DNA from: Lytechinus pictus
Lineage: Eukaryota
DNA length: 64,000 nt
Reading direction: 5' to 3'
Assembly (NCBI RefSeq): GCF_037042905.1
Contig: NC_087252.1
Span: 14,448,001-14,512,000 of the forward strand
Shown here piece by piece: positions 51,548-64,000 of the stretch. Both the position numbers and the translations under genes were made by a program. Under the pieces are notes generated by a model. That model saw only the letters and a list, made by a program, of their open reading frames with translations, searched no databases and was not told where the DNA came from. Positions within the stretch are counted from its first letter, which is position 1. Every line of letters starts with the position of its first letter.

Positions 51548-54002
51548 CCATATGTTAAGTAAATAGCTTTAATTCTTAATGATTATCCAAAAATACATAT
51601 ACATAAAATAAACCAATATGAAGAGCATCATATCCAAAGTGATCACCAGTTCACCCAATGTTACAGAACAAAAATAAAAAGCTGATTTTCTTATGTACTT
51701 TCACACACATTATACATGTGCACTGTATGTCACTTGACCCTGGCAGACAATAGAATTGACAAGCAGTGAGTCCTACATGTACATGTAGCTGCCTGGTTTG
51801 CATACTTTAATGTTATATGAATTTCAATCATGGCCATGTGCTGTTTATACACTAAATGGAGGGATCTTGTCATAATGTTATGTCAATTAAAAACGGGAAT
51901 AAAATCCCAATTATCCTGAATAGACTAGCCCCCTAGCAATGGACATTGTAATCTTGTTTTCTTTTACCTTTCATTGTTTTTGAAAATTTCCATACAACTC
52001 TTTTTTTTTTAAATACTTTATTAAAGCTTTTATGATTACAAATGTAATTAAATAATTTGACTTTAATCTTGATAAATGTATATTACTGGTATACTAATTG
52101 TGAATTTTTAGCAAGAAACAGCATTTGTGTTGGATTAGTACATAAAAATGTTGCGAAATTTCGGAACAGCATACCCAGGCATCGCAAATTTGGTCTCAAA
52201 ATATGTGCAAGACTTGAAAGTAAAAAGGCAGCTAACATCCTCCCAGTTATTAACCCTTAGTTAAATTGGACCAATTTGACCCCCCCCTTCCAAAAATTTT
52301 GCGACCATGCTGTCGTACAATTTTTTTACAACATGCCTCTTTCTAGTCTTGTGCATCTTTTGAGACCAATCTTGTGTCACCCGGTACGTAGTTCTGAAAT
52401 AACGTGACATTATGTAAGTACATGTCATACCAAAAATTGCTCAAAAACGGGATTTTGTGTACAAAGTCAATGCAAATTTTGTTTTCAACCTAAAATCATG
52501 AATGTATTATTGTTTTTGGTTTTACTGGTCTAAATGTATTTATCTTATGCTTAACATGATCGCAGAAGAGTCCCCAACAAATTTCATTGAAAAAACAATG
52601 AAAAACAAAAGTTCAAAAAACTAAGAAATACCTAATTGCAAAAAAATTATAATACATAGAAAATGATTTGATATTGCAATTTTGTTCATGTACACTTGCT
52701 AAGAAACCACAAAGAGCTTCCATTCCAAAAATTAGAACATTTGGAGCTTTATTTAGGGAGTTAGAGGAAAAAGTATGATTTTGTATTCTAATTACGCATA
52801 AATTAGTATTATCACTTAATAACAATTTGTGTGAAATAATTTACAATTTAATTTTGTAAATTATGTCCTAGACAACCCATGTGCCAATCTTCGACGCGAT
52901 TGTGCGGTCGAGATCTCGAGGGAGGCCCCCCCCCCCCCCGGCCATATGAGCTCCCAAAATACCCTGGCCTTGATTACATTTCTGGCTCCTCTTGAGTAGT
53001 CACCATTCAAGGGACAGCTTGTTTCGGCAGCCTATCTAAGAAGTTCTTATCCACGTCTGTATAGCATGAGGCAGCTTAATCTGTAGAAAAAAAAACACAC
53101 GTACCATTACGATAACATGAACAACATTAAAATAAAAGAAATAAGGTGTTTTGCCCCCATCTAGATCTCTTTTTACAAGTACATACCTATCGGACCATGA
53201 GGTCCTTGCGGCTATCTCTCTTAGCATATTCTTGCTTATAAAGCAAACTAAGCCGAATATTCAAGAGTGACAAACAATTTATAATGCAAACAAATTGTCA
53301 TAAGCACATATTGAAACTCTTTAATAAAAAAATGAAGAATAAATTTACCTCTCCTAACAAGGATTTTCAACTACACTTTATGCCACTGCATGAATACAAT
53401 CTGCTTAATTTTGCAATTATAATATCTACTGAAGTGAATGCCTACATAATCACCTTTTATGAACTCCAACCGTGTCTTGAACATGAACATGGCCTTTTCT
53501 GTGTACACCTGTAGTAGATTTCCCACATAATGCTGGACTTGCTGCTCGATCATCCAGAGATCCCTCTTTGAATCTTTAATGAAATGAAATGAATTTGAGT
53601 GACATAAAAATACATGATGATAAAACTTCTTAATTTCCATATTTCAGTGTTACAATTCAGGTGCAAAGAGTCATATTCTTTAATAATATTAAACATAAAA
53701 TGAATGAAAACATTAAAAGTAGAGGAGCATTTTAACCTTACTCACAGTCTGTTATTGTCGCTAAAGTCTTTACAATAAGAAGATTGGACACTTTGCCGAC
53801 ATAGCGTGATGCTTTGCATCGATTTACATGTAAAATAGTCTTTGTGCCTAGTCTTTTCTATGTAGTGTCTTTAATATGTAGATAAATCATGCGTCCTTTA
53901 GCTAATTAGACAAACAATTTCAGAAATTAAAGACGGATCCATATTTATCAACCGGAAGAGAAATTAGCGCTTAAATGAAGCTATGTGAGGGATATTGATT
54001 AA

Positions 54003-55699
54003 GCCCGAGTCGAATCAATTTTAAAATCGGTGTTCGATCGATGTCATCAAACGCCGGTGCAGATTTTGCAAAATCGGTGCATCGAAAAAAAAAAAAATAT
54101 GTCGGCCGACCGATTCGTTTGGTTCACACAATCAACCATCAAAATAAACAGTAATGTCCAACTTGACTTCTACTTACTTGATTTATATTGCCCCCAAAAT
54201 GAAACCGATTGTGTAATTATGATGCCTATTCACCATTGATTTGAAGTTTATTTCGATCATAGTTCGAGTCTAACTCGTCTGCTCATGCCGAGATAATTTA
54301 TACACGATGAATTCATGAATGGAAGTCATCGCCATCGATCGTGCATGCGCAGTACTGTGCTTTAATCACACCAGAAAATGGCCGGAAAATTGACGCGATC
54401 AACGTAAAATAAACCTTGCTTTCATGAACAATATTAATATAATGACAATAGAACATTATTTAATGGTAATATGCTACAATAATTTGCATATGATAATCAT
54501 TAATTTTAGAACTTGATGTGAAACGTTTGTATTTCGTTTCAATTTTAAATGACGGACATCACATGACGATCGACTTGAGTGAGTGCACTTGTCAAAAAAA
54601 AATAATTATGACGTCGGGATTGATTCTTGAAAATTGTCAACATGCAGAAACTCTTTTCAAGATCGTAATATCACCATATAATAACATTTTACATGACAAA
54701 ACAGAGAAAATTGCTTTTATATTTTCCCCATCAATTTGAAGCTAGTTTGTGCCCAACTTTGGGCTCTGATTTCATGAATGGAAACTATGTCATACGTCAT
54801 CGAACGCGCATGCGCTTTGTCCTTTTCTTGGAGCTCGTCCAGAGATGGAATAAAAATTAAAATGCCAGTATAATACTATTACTACTTCCATATGAACATG
54901 ACAATCTTTGCTGACATCGTCAATATTTTTAGTATGGCCATAAAATCTTATTAAATCGTAATTATTTAACATCCAATAATAATTTATATGAATTTAGAGC
55001 TCAATCCGAGACATTCGTATTTATTTCGATCGCATGCTCCCGTGTCTAAAATAAAAAATGGATTATCATATCAGGATTAATTCTCGAACATCGTCATAAC
55101 GCATATTCTACAATCTTTCCTCGTAATCGTTATATCAGCATTGAATACCAATTCAAATGACCATCCAGAGAAAATTACGTATTTATTCCCATCAATTTGG
55201 AGCTCGTTTTGGATCCAACTACCCCGCCAACTACACAATTTCAGGCAAGTTACAGCGCTCTCCGCTGGCAAGCACTTCTGTTGTTTCGGGAGAGTGAGTG
55301 TACGGGGCTGCTGATGGGGCTGGTGTGTGCGAGTCTAGGCTGCGAATGCTAGTTGACCAAAAATCATTTGAATCAACTCTGCGTGATTCATGTGTTTAAT
55401 ATTGTTTCATTTTAAACGTATATGTTGTCATCTGCAAATATAATTTTTAAAGATATTTTGGGAAGAATTCTGCATTGATCACCTGCTTTTTTTTGTGTGT
55501 TTTGTAATCATGGAAAATACAAACGAACTTTGCTCTGTCATCTGCTTGTGCACTCAGCCAGCCAGCGCATACCGTCAGTGCATGCCGGAGCAAAAAAAAA
55601 TGACTCGATATTCCCCGCCTTTAAAATTCGATACGTCGATGTTCGATCGAATTATAGCTGTCAAACACTGGTTTTCAAAATAATCGATATGACTCAGGC
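54003..55699. mobile_element. TTAA-flanked non-autonomous TIR element
   Basis: Termini are TTAA|gcccgagtc...gactcaggc|TTAA, with imperfect extended inverted similarity. Confidence 0.65.
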
Positions 55700-55814
55700 T
55701 TAATATTGATGATATTTAGGGTGAATTGACTTCACATCTTTTCGTAAGTTTGTCATGTTCATAGAAGGCCGGACTTGATTTTATAAAAACCTCTTTTAAA
55801 TTTGCGGGATTGCC

Positions 55815-56489
55815 TACCTCGAGCAAAGTTCGTGCAGGCTCCACTCCACTTCACAATCGCTACACTACGCTCCACCTACCCAAACTTTGAGACCGTGAAC
55901 TGGATCTGATATTCCGAGTGACAAAAAGTGGGTTTTTATGGGGGGGGGGAATATAAAATTCATGCAACATCAGGCTCTTAAAAAAAAATAAAACTAATAT
56001 TCTTACTGCACACAAGGTTTCACTTCTTCTCCATGCCTCTATCCATCTCAAAATTTGTGATTTAGAGCCAACATGAAGTTCCTCACACGTATCAATATTC
56101 AATACATCGCATGCGCGTGAGGCCGGTTGGGTCTGAGCTCAGACCAGACCCGGTATCTCGCGCATATTGCATCCGCATGCAATGTTTTGAAATCGGCAGC
56201 GAATTATGAATATGTGTGATGAACTTCAAGTTAGCTCTAAATCACCAATTTTGAGACTAATAAAAGCATGGAAAAGAAATGAAACTTTGTGTAAAGTAAG
56301 AATATTAGTTTTAATTCTATTTAAAAATCAAGATGTTGCATGAATTTTATATTCCCCCCCCCCCCATAAAATCCCACCTCTGTCACTCGGAATATCAGAT
56401 CGAGTTCACGGTCTCGAAGTTCGAGTAGGTGGAGCGTAGTGTTGTGTAGCTGTAGTTAAGTGGAGCCTGCACAAACTTCGCTCGAGGTA
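55815..56489. mobile_element. Fully palindromic 675-bp MULE/Mutator-like MITE
   Basis: Termini tacctcgagc...gctcgaggta, with 9-bp TSD gggattgcc at 55806-55814 and 56490-56498. The arms pair through to a central ggtctgagctcagacc. Confidence 0.88.
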
Positions 56490-56670
56490 GGGATTGCCAT
56501 GCAATTGTTGAGATTGTACACAGCGGCACGTAATACACCCATCGGTGCTCTCTTGGAGCCTCTTGGCTTTCCATGTGATGCCACTACCGTCTATCATTAA
56601 GAAAGAAGTTGACAGGTTGAAGGTTTGGAGGTGTCATAAATGTTTACTATTTAGTTAGGTTGTCGTCTCC

Positions 56671-57775
56671 GATCTGGCGCTAATGCAGTTTCGCACCGGC
56701 CAATTACCAGCATACCTCATCACCAATACTTGTTCCCAAATGTCATGACAAGTCTCTCAGTCACATTTCAACGTCAATATATCCAATGCTTTACAAAATA
56801 TCGTGATCGAGAACGGCTGTATTTCGGCTTCGATCTCGACGTCGTTGATCTAATCCGTAGACATCGCTTCGCAGATCGCTTGGACTCGCCGTGCGCCGTA
56901 ATGTTGATATGGACTGAAGTTAGCGACCAAATAATGCGAGCAAAGCGATGTTTGACTGAGGATTCGAACGATCGATGTCTTCGAGATCCTAGTCAAAATA
57001 CAGCCGTTACCCCTCGCAATATTTGGGAAAGCAGTTGGTATATTGACATCGAAATGTGAACCAAGAGACTTGTCATGACATCTGGGAACAAGTATTGGTG
57101 ATGAGTATGCTGGTAATCGGCAGATGCGTAACTGCATAACGCCGGAAAAGCAGTGGGTATATTGACGACGAAATGTGACTGAGAGACTTGTCATGACTAG
57201 CCTGGAGGCGTCTGGGGAGTAAAATTATTTCTACTATACGTAGGCTTAGCACATAAATATTTATTGGCTAATGCAAGTATTGTACAATTCATGATTATCA
57301 TCGGCCGAAGTTATTTTTTTTTTTAATTGGCACTGCTCATGATATCGTCGCCCTCTCTTATACGCGTCTTGTAACTAGGCTACGAACAAAGAAGGAAATA
57401 TGGCGACAAGATCATCGGTGAGTATCTGCTCATCTTCTTACATGATTTTTCTTGATATTTGTATTATTTTTCGTGTAAAAAAAACTTTATAAGTGCCTAA
57501 TGGGGGGAAATGAACTTCTTTTCCATTTACAAAATAAGCAAGTTAAATAAATCAAATATTTTGGAACAACATTGCTTTCTCCAAAAACTCTCCTTCGTGT
57601 GGCCCAATGCCTTGCCGTGCCAGGCGTCATGGGGAGTAAGCCTAAGTATAGTAGAAATAATTTTACTCCCAGACGCCTCCAGGCTAGTCATGACATGATT
57701 TGGGACCAAGTATTGGTGATGAGGTATGCTAGCACTGTAATCGGCGGGTGCGAAACTGCAATAGCGCCCCCGATC
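56671..57775. mobile_element. Inverted-repeat MITE with a duplicated right arm
   Basis: The left arm (gcagtttcgcacc...catcaccaatacttgttccca...gtcatgacaagtctct) is complementary to both 57030-57140 and 57148-57775. Confidence 0.65.
57198..57686. mobile_element. hAT-like MITE
   Basis: ~50-bp TIR starting tagcctggaggcgtctggg, with 8-bp TSD gtcatgac at 57190-57197 and 57687-57694. Confidence 0.88.
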
Positions 57776-58199
57776 TTGCCTTCCTTGGCAAGGAGGGCTT
57801 CATGAAACGGTTAGCGGACAAGTAGCTTACTATCCTTGATTTAGTCAAGCAGTTAGACTTACGACGGTGTTGAAAAACGGGCCCCTGACCTGGCTACAAT
57901 ACATACAAACATCCTCACCGCCGCCATCAATTACTAGCCAGCCGTTGGCCGTCCCCGGCCGCGCTCACCGCAGATCGAGAACAACGCCAGTGCAGTGGCC
58001 GTACGGTATAAATGATTAAAAAGTCGAAGAAATTTAAGTGCATGTCGCACTAAACTACGAAAAAATGGATCTAACTTACTGTTTAGCCTGTTGTGTGAAT
58101 GTCTTAGAAGTCGTTGTCCGAATCTGATCCATATTCTGATAGTTTTTGTTGAATTATTGACGGCCTTCTTCATCAAGCTTCAGGTTCAGCTGAGCAGTT

Positions 58200-58305
58200 A
58201 CGAAAGTTTTTTTTTCAAATGGCGGAACCGGAAACACGTGTACGTACGCGTGCAAATTACGAGTTAGCCGCAATCCGTGCGTTTGTACGGGGAGGGGGGG
58301 GGGTT
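58200..58305 (-). promoter_or_regulatory. Putative TATA-less promoter inside the CMC-like element
   Basis: Clustered YY1-like aaatggcgg (58217), ETS-like ccggaa (58228), E-box cacgtg (58235) and a G-rich box in a CpG-rich patch, just upstream of a minus-strand donor at 58079. Confidence 0.45.
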
Positions 58306-59502
58306 CTTACTTTTTACTTGGCAACCAGTCCATTTGACTATTTTCGCCATCATATATATCATATTATTAACGTAAAGTAATTGAATAAAGTAAAATTCAA
58401 ATATTTATTTCTTCTTCCTTTCTTTTTATTTTCTATGTCTTTTTATTTTTTCGTTCTCTTTATTCCTTTTTTTAAATATTAGGATAGGATTTAAAAACAT
58501 GTCTCACAATTTAAAACCAGGGCTTTTAATGAAAATATGTTATATAGGCCTACTAGTATGCAAGTAGGATGGAGATGACAAAGAAAGAAATGAGGAAAAT
58601 CACAGTTCCAATCCTATGTATTTTTTTATTTTATTTATTTTCAAAAAACACACATTTTATCCTGTCTTGCGATCGAAGGAAAGATCCCTTTATAAGTTTC
58701 AAGTAGTAAAAGAAAATAATCTTAGATCAAGTGCCGGCAGGGTATTTTGATAAGGGGTGGAGGAGCAAGACAAGCAAATAAAGATACCATTTTGAAGCGA
58801 AACATAAGAAAGATAATAAACTTTGCCAACTAGGTAAAAAAATAATATGACATCGATCGTGACACTTTAGCCTAAGGATGGAAAATAGTTTAAAAATATA
58901 TAGATACAAACTTCATACAAATTAGAAAAAAGAAGCAAAATAAACTGGCATCATGATATGTGAACAGAGATACAAGATTGTTCTTGCAATTAAAAAACAT
59001 ATTTACAAACTATATAGCCTCGCATCATAAAAATAGATTGAAAATATAAAAATTTATTTGATTTAAAAAGAAATAGATATAAACCAGCCTGGCTAACATA
59101 TTGCAAGGTTGCAAAGATATAAACCGGGGATATAAAGCAAAAAAATATAGTAGGCCTAAAAATGGAAATTAAATATCCTATTTTTAGTTTATCGTATTTC
59201 ACCTGTAAAATAGAAAAAAATAGTATGAATAGGAGAACAAAAATTGAAGCAATTTCATTGGTAAAAATATATTTGTTAAGAAAATAGGCCCTTTTTTTCT
59301 ATTAAAAAAAAAAAAAAATAGATGGGAAATTTGAAAAATGTATTTTCTCGCAATAAAAACTTCAAGGGGCCAGAATCGCATTAAAACTTGGTTATCAAAC
59401 ATGTAAAACAAAATCCTAGATGGCATTTTAACTGAAATTTATTTTTTAATCAACATTCAACGCTGAATTTTCTTATGTTAATTGTTATGTGATGAACCTT
59501 AA

Positions 59503-60058
59503 AGGGATGGTCCGGGCGCTGAAATATTTATTCTAAATAAATAGAGTGAAATTCACAAAGCAAAATGCTAGCAATTTCATCAAAATCGGATAACAAAATA
59601 ACGGAGTTTATCAATATTTTGTGAAAACAGATAATGTGCACATCGTCATGAATATTCATTTGGTGGGCTGATGATGTGACATCCCTTTCCTTTTTTTAAA
59701 TATTAAATATGAAATTATGATTATTTCATTTGTTCAATACATGTGTAAATAATATGTCTCCATTGTGATGAAGTTGCTGCATTAAATAACTAATGCGGTT
59801 AATCAGTTGTCATTCCAATTGTTTAAGTTCTTGGTAGAAATATGTTGAATAAACCTAATTTCATATAATGTACAAAAGAAAATGGGATATGACATCATCA
59901 GCCCACCTAATGAATATTCATGAGACATGCCTAAATAGAACTGTTTCATGGGAATATTGCAAATCCTTAAAATTTTGATTAAATTTTAAGCATTTTGCTT
60001 TGTGAATTTTACTCTATTTATTGAGATATATGAATATCTCTAGCCTTGACCTCCCCTT
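59503..60058. mobile_element. Degenerate Kolobok-like MITE
   Basis: Runs ttaa|agggatggtcc...gacctccccttcaa, with internal inverted repeat gtgggctgatgatgt / acatcatcagcccac. Related fragments at about 530-890, 2190-2386 and 62030-62325. Confidence 0.65.
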
Positions 60059-63000
60059 CAATTATTGTCTTGTATTATTAGAAAGAGATGGATGAAGTAG
60101 AATGATATGTTCATGCTTATGTTTTCATTCATTACAATATCTCTTTGAAATTCAACCCGGCTTCCTCGCAACCAGTTAAGCTCTAAGGGTGTTAGATGTG
60201 TCCTGTATATTTTAACACGTACCCTTTAAAATGTAGTCACTTTTCTTTTTATTTATCCTGTTTTTTATGAAAAATAAGTGGCGAACAAACAAAACAAATG
60301 ATAATTGAAATTTAAAAGAGCGCATGAAAGAGAAGAACCCTGAAAACGAACAAGAGTCCTCAAAATATAAGTTGCCCATTTTGGGGTCAATAATTTTTCG
60401 TATTTTTCAGTTCGCTTCTAGTTTTGATCTAGTACGTATATATACCCTTTCTCGTAGAAATAGAAGCTATCAAACTTAAAACCTCTGAGTCTCAGAAGGC
60501 ATAACCACCCCCCCCCCCCCCCCCCCCCGCTGATATAGGCCTACACAATGGGACTTAGCGTTGGGGGCCACGGACCCCCCAAAAAGTTTCACAACAAAGA
60601 CTGGAGAAAATAGAGAAAAGGAAAAAAAAACAGGGTGAAATATAATTTTCAAATAGGGCCTATGTCAAAATCTAGCTATCACAAAATTAAATTTTCATAT
60701 AAAAAATTGTACTTTTTAAAATGAATGGTGCCCTTTTAAGCCATATGGCCTCCTAAAAATATAAGACTCAATACGCTACTGACCTCTCCCGAAACTGAAG
60801 AAAAAAGATAAATCCCTCACTGGAAATAAAACTTTTTTTAGTCTGTGGTACAAACAGGGGTTCTATGCAAGTACTGAAGGAAACAAAATTGTTCATGTAC
60901 CACAGAAAATACACCATAACGTCTGTGATACAGTTTCAGTCATATTTCTGGGGTGGCTGCATGAGAAGTACCGCAGGAAATTTTGAAAGTATAGCACTGG
61001 GGTTGCCATAGAATTTTAGAAGTGCCTATATATGAGTCCTGCAGGAATTTTCAAAATTTCATGTACCACAGAAGTATCACAGGGTTTCCATAGAAGTGCC
61101 TTTAATAGGATCGAGTACTGCAGGAAATTTCAAAATGTTCATGTTCCACAGAAGTATCACAGGGTTTCCATAGAAGTGCCTTTAATAGGAGTACTGCAGG
61201 AAATTAAAAAAAAATGTTCATGTACAACAGAAGTACGACATAACTATCACAGAGTGATACCACAGAACGTCTGTCGTTATTCTGTATACAGTTATGTACA
61301 ACAGAAGTATCACACAGGTACGACAGAGTACCATTAAGGTACTGCAGGAAATTTTCATATTTTCATGTACCACAGAAGTATGACAGAACTATCACAGAGT
61401 GATACCACAGAACGCCTGTCGTCATTCGGTGATACCGTCATGTACAACAGAAGTATCACACGAGTACAACAGAGTACCATAAAAGTACTGCAGGAAATTT
61501 TCAAATTTTCATGTACCACAGAAGTATGACAGAACTATCACAGAGTGATACCACAGAACTCCTGTCGTAATTCTGTGGTACCGTCATGTACGACAGAAGT
61601 ATCACACAGGTACAACAGAGTACCACTAAAGTACTGCAGGAATTTTTTGTAAGGGATGCTACGAGGCCGAGGACGAGTCCGAGTCACGGCATTACGAGGC
61701 CGAGGCCGAGGACTGGCAAAGCCAGCCACGAGGCCGGCCTTGATACCTCCAAGAGTAATTATAATTATTATCATCATCTTTATGGCGTTTTTGTACAGGA
61801 AAAATCTAAGCCGCTCAAACCAAAATTGCAAGCATATAGCTCTTTTGCAATATTTTCTCGGATCCTTAGTTTTATGTAAAGCAATTTTCTTGGTCTTTCC
61901 AACCATGTAGTTTTCTAGCAATGACTATGTTGCAAGGCAAGTCAAAATTATAGAAACTCGATTTTCATTGAAATGTGTTTGCACTGTCGTATGTGTGATA
62001 CGACAGTTCGGATGACCGCCATATATATAATTCATCATGCATAGGGAGGAATTAATCACTGCTTTACTTGACAATGAGGAGAAAATTAGAATATTTCATA
62101 TTTCATATAATTAAATACAAAGGAAATAGTGAGTGATGGACATCATCGACTGACTCACCTAGTTGTGCATATCACTGCATGTTTTGTGAAAAATAAGCGA
62201 AACTTTAAAATGTCATAACTTTCTTATTTTACATCCGATTTTGATAAAATTTTCAGTGTTATGCTTGTTGGATTTGTGTCTTTTTATTCACATATTTTTT
62301 ATTGGGGTTGACTTGTCCTTTAAGCACGTTTTAAATAAACATAATCAAGCTGCGAATCTGAATAAGCATGCTTGCCCGCGTTAAGATTTATACCTATAGA
62401 ATAGGGCATTCTAAAAACATTTCTTTATTATAAAAAAATAATAATGGGAGCGCGAAGGGTGAGCTGAAAATATTTGATATTCTGAACTGAAAAATAATAA
62501 ATTTCAGCACTATTTCAAAGCACTGTGTAGGAAAAATCTGAGAGGGGGTGGTCTTACAAAACGTCGTGCATTTTTATTACATTTATGTCATTTATCGTAC
62601 ATACCACATTTCCACGGGGGTGCTGCCTATGGAAAATAACATACGCATCACCCCCAATGAAAATTTTGGGGGTGCTTCACCACCCCCAACACCCCCGCTT
62701 CCCAAAGCCATGGTGGACCTGTTCTTTAAATAATAATATATCTATCCTTATACACTACTAATTTTTCTACATCCCTCTACCTTTGTATAAGTTTATTAAA
62801 TCTTACTCCCTAATTAGAATTATCATTCTTCGCCTTTTGGAGATTCCTCAAATTAATTTGGTCTCATTTCAAAAAGTAGATATACATACATGCAGTTGAA
62901 CCAACCTATATTCACATGGCTCTATCCTTTCTTTATCTAGATTTGCATCATTGATATTGTATATATTTTGTATAATTTTACTTTGTAGTAGATTTTGCAA

Positions 63001-63274
63001 TTATTTTTCCCAACAAGTCATCAAAATATTGATCATGAAACACATGTACACTCTCTAGTTACCCCTTCCCCTCTAGAAATATCTCTCAATTTAAGATTAA
63101 CTCTAAAACTTTCAAATTTAATTTTAATAAAATTAAAATCATCAAATCCCTTACACTACCTGCCGAACTGCTCGGCCGAATTTACGCCAATGATACGATA
63201 AAATTGCATTAGGACTGTTGATTTGGTTTAGATGATAATGATGATGTCATAACCTCAATTTGTGATTTGTTGGA

Positions 63275-63432
63275 AACATGACCAATCACCAATCACCAAC
63301 AATTCGGTATTGAACTCATATTTAAAGCATGCATCCCCTCCCTTCACACCATTTCAACCACAGACTGTCAAGGTAATCGACAGGTTGCCGTAGAAACGCC
63401 TTTTTACTGTTCATCACATATAACTGGTAAGT
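63275..63432 (+). promoter_or_regulatory. Possible host-gene promoter and non-coding first exon
   Basis: Tandem CCAAT boxes (63282, 63289), TATTTAAA at 63319, a pyrimidine-rich Inr-like stretch ~30 nt downstream and a strong donor ctg|GTAAGT at 63427. Confidence 0.45.
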
Positions 63433-64000
63433 TTTAACGCTTGTTTTTGCTTTATCAAAACTGGATGGTTGGATGAAGACCGACTATAATTGTGCCTATC
63501 AGCTTGATGTCAGTTAGTGGTTTGACAATATTAATGAGTATCTTGGAGCCGTGCAGTTACATTGTTTTTCATTCGTTGAATCTGTCTTTATAGTAATTTT
63601 CAGAAATTTATTTTGAGGCACGCAGCTATCTTCTACCTATTGGTTGATCTTACTTCGCAATTAATGTTTGCAGAAATGTACTATACTTGAGTGTTTGTTA
63701 CAGCCGCTGAAAGTATGAATAATATTCATGAATTGTTTTTTTGTAAAGTTGAATGTTTTTTTAACATCGTATAGGTGTGTGTTTCGCACCTAGGAATCAT
63801 TATGATTAGTAGTTCTATAGATTCTTAACATTGTAAAAAAAAAAGTTTTGCTAAACACCTGTTATTTGACATGAATTCGGAATATATCAGCTGGTAAACA
63901 GTTACTTAATCTGGATATGATACCGGTATTCTTGGATATTTTCTTCTCTATATTTTGTTTGTGAAATTTTCAAGTTAATTTTTCATCAATGGTTACACGA

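Larger units (their letters stand above)
52970..58200 (-). other. Putative spliced transcription unit with no recognisable ORF (exons about 58200-58080, 53901 or 56590 to 53746, 53573-53349, 53234-53187, 53080 to about 52970)
   Basis: Consecutive minus-strand donors gtaagt, gtgagtaag, gtaaat and gtatgt, and acceptors such as ttttttttctacag and tttgctttataag. These bound GC-richer blocks separated by 106-172-nt AT-rich introns. Confidence 0.5.
48294..61655. mobile_element. 13.4-kb non-autonomous CMC/EnSpm-like TIR element
   Basis: 26-bp TIR cccttacaaaaaattcctg(g/c)agtact with one mismatch and a 2-bp TSD AT. Subterminal arrays of gtatcacag/gtactacagg/gtaccacag motifs run ~900 bp (48294-49220) and ~800 bp (60840-61655). 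No transposase ORF inside. Confidence 0.85.
41800..61757. mobile_element. Putative hAT-like host element with CCGAGT/CCGAGG subterminal repeats, expanded to ~20 kb by nested insertions
   Basis: Left end cagtcttgtag and right end ctccaagagta give an 8/11 TIR match. An 8-bp direct repeat attataat lies at 41792-41799 and 61758-61765. CCGAG repeats continue across the 48294-61655 insertion. Confidence 0.5.

Noticed and set aside
53371..53640. 89-aa ORF as a transposase or host exon
   Set aside because: No recognisable motif, and a stop occurs before the predicted donor. Treated as part of the putative non-coding unit.

Overview
This is AT-rich animal genomic DNA. The repeat landscape resembles echinoderm (sea-urchin-type) genomes, which is an inference from repeat families, not a database result. 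The window is almost entirely nested transposable elements, and I found no intact host protein-coding gene. Main contents, left to right: (1) a three-exon THAP-domain P-element/THAP9-like transposase pseudogene (3277-5783); (2) several long foldback/palindromic non-autonomous DNA elements (8.6-18 kb); (3) an ~830-bp inverted duplication (19575-20406 vs 22126-29753) whose right arm was split by a near-intact Crack/L2-group LINE and two DNA elements; (4) a three-deep LINE-in-LINE-in-LINE stack that also holds a self-nested Helitron/Helentron-like array carrying a tRNA-derived Pol III cassette (30.2-41.8 kb); (5) a young but internally deleted Gypsy LTR element whose 5' leader contains an 84-bp TSD-flanked insert carrying a minimal hammerhead ribozyme motif; (6) a 13.4-kb CCC...GGG TIR element (CMC/EnSpm-like) with no transposase but with an apparent promoter and spliced non-coding exon chain; (7) a possible host promoter and first exon at the right end. 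All coordinates were read by eye and may be off by a few bases.
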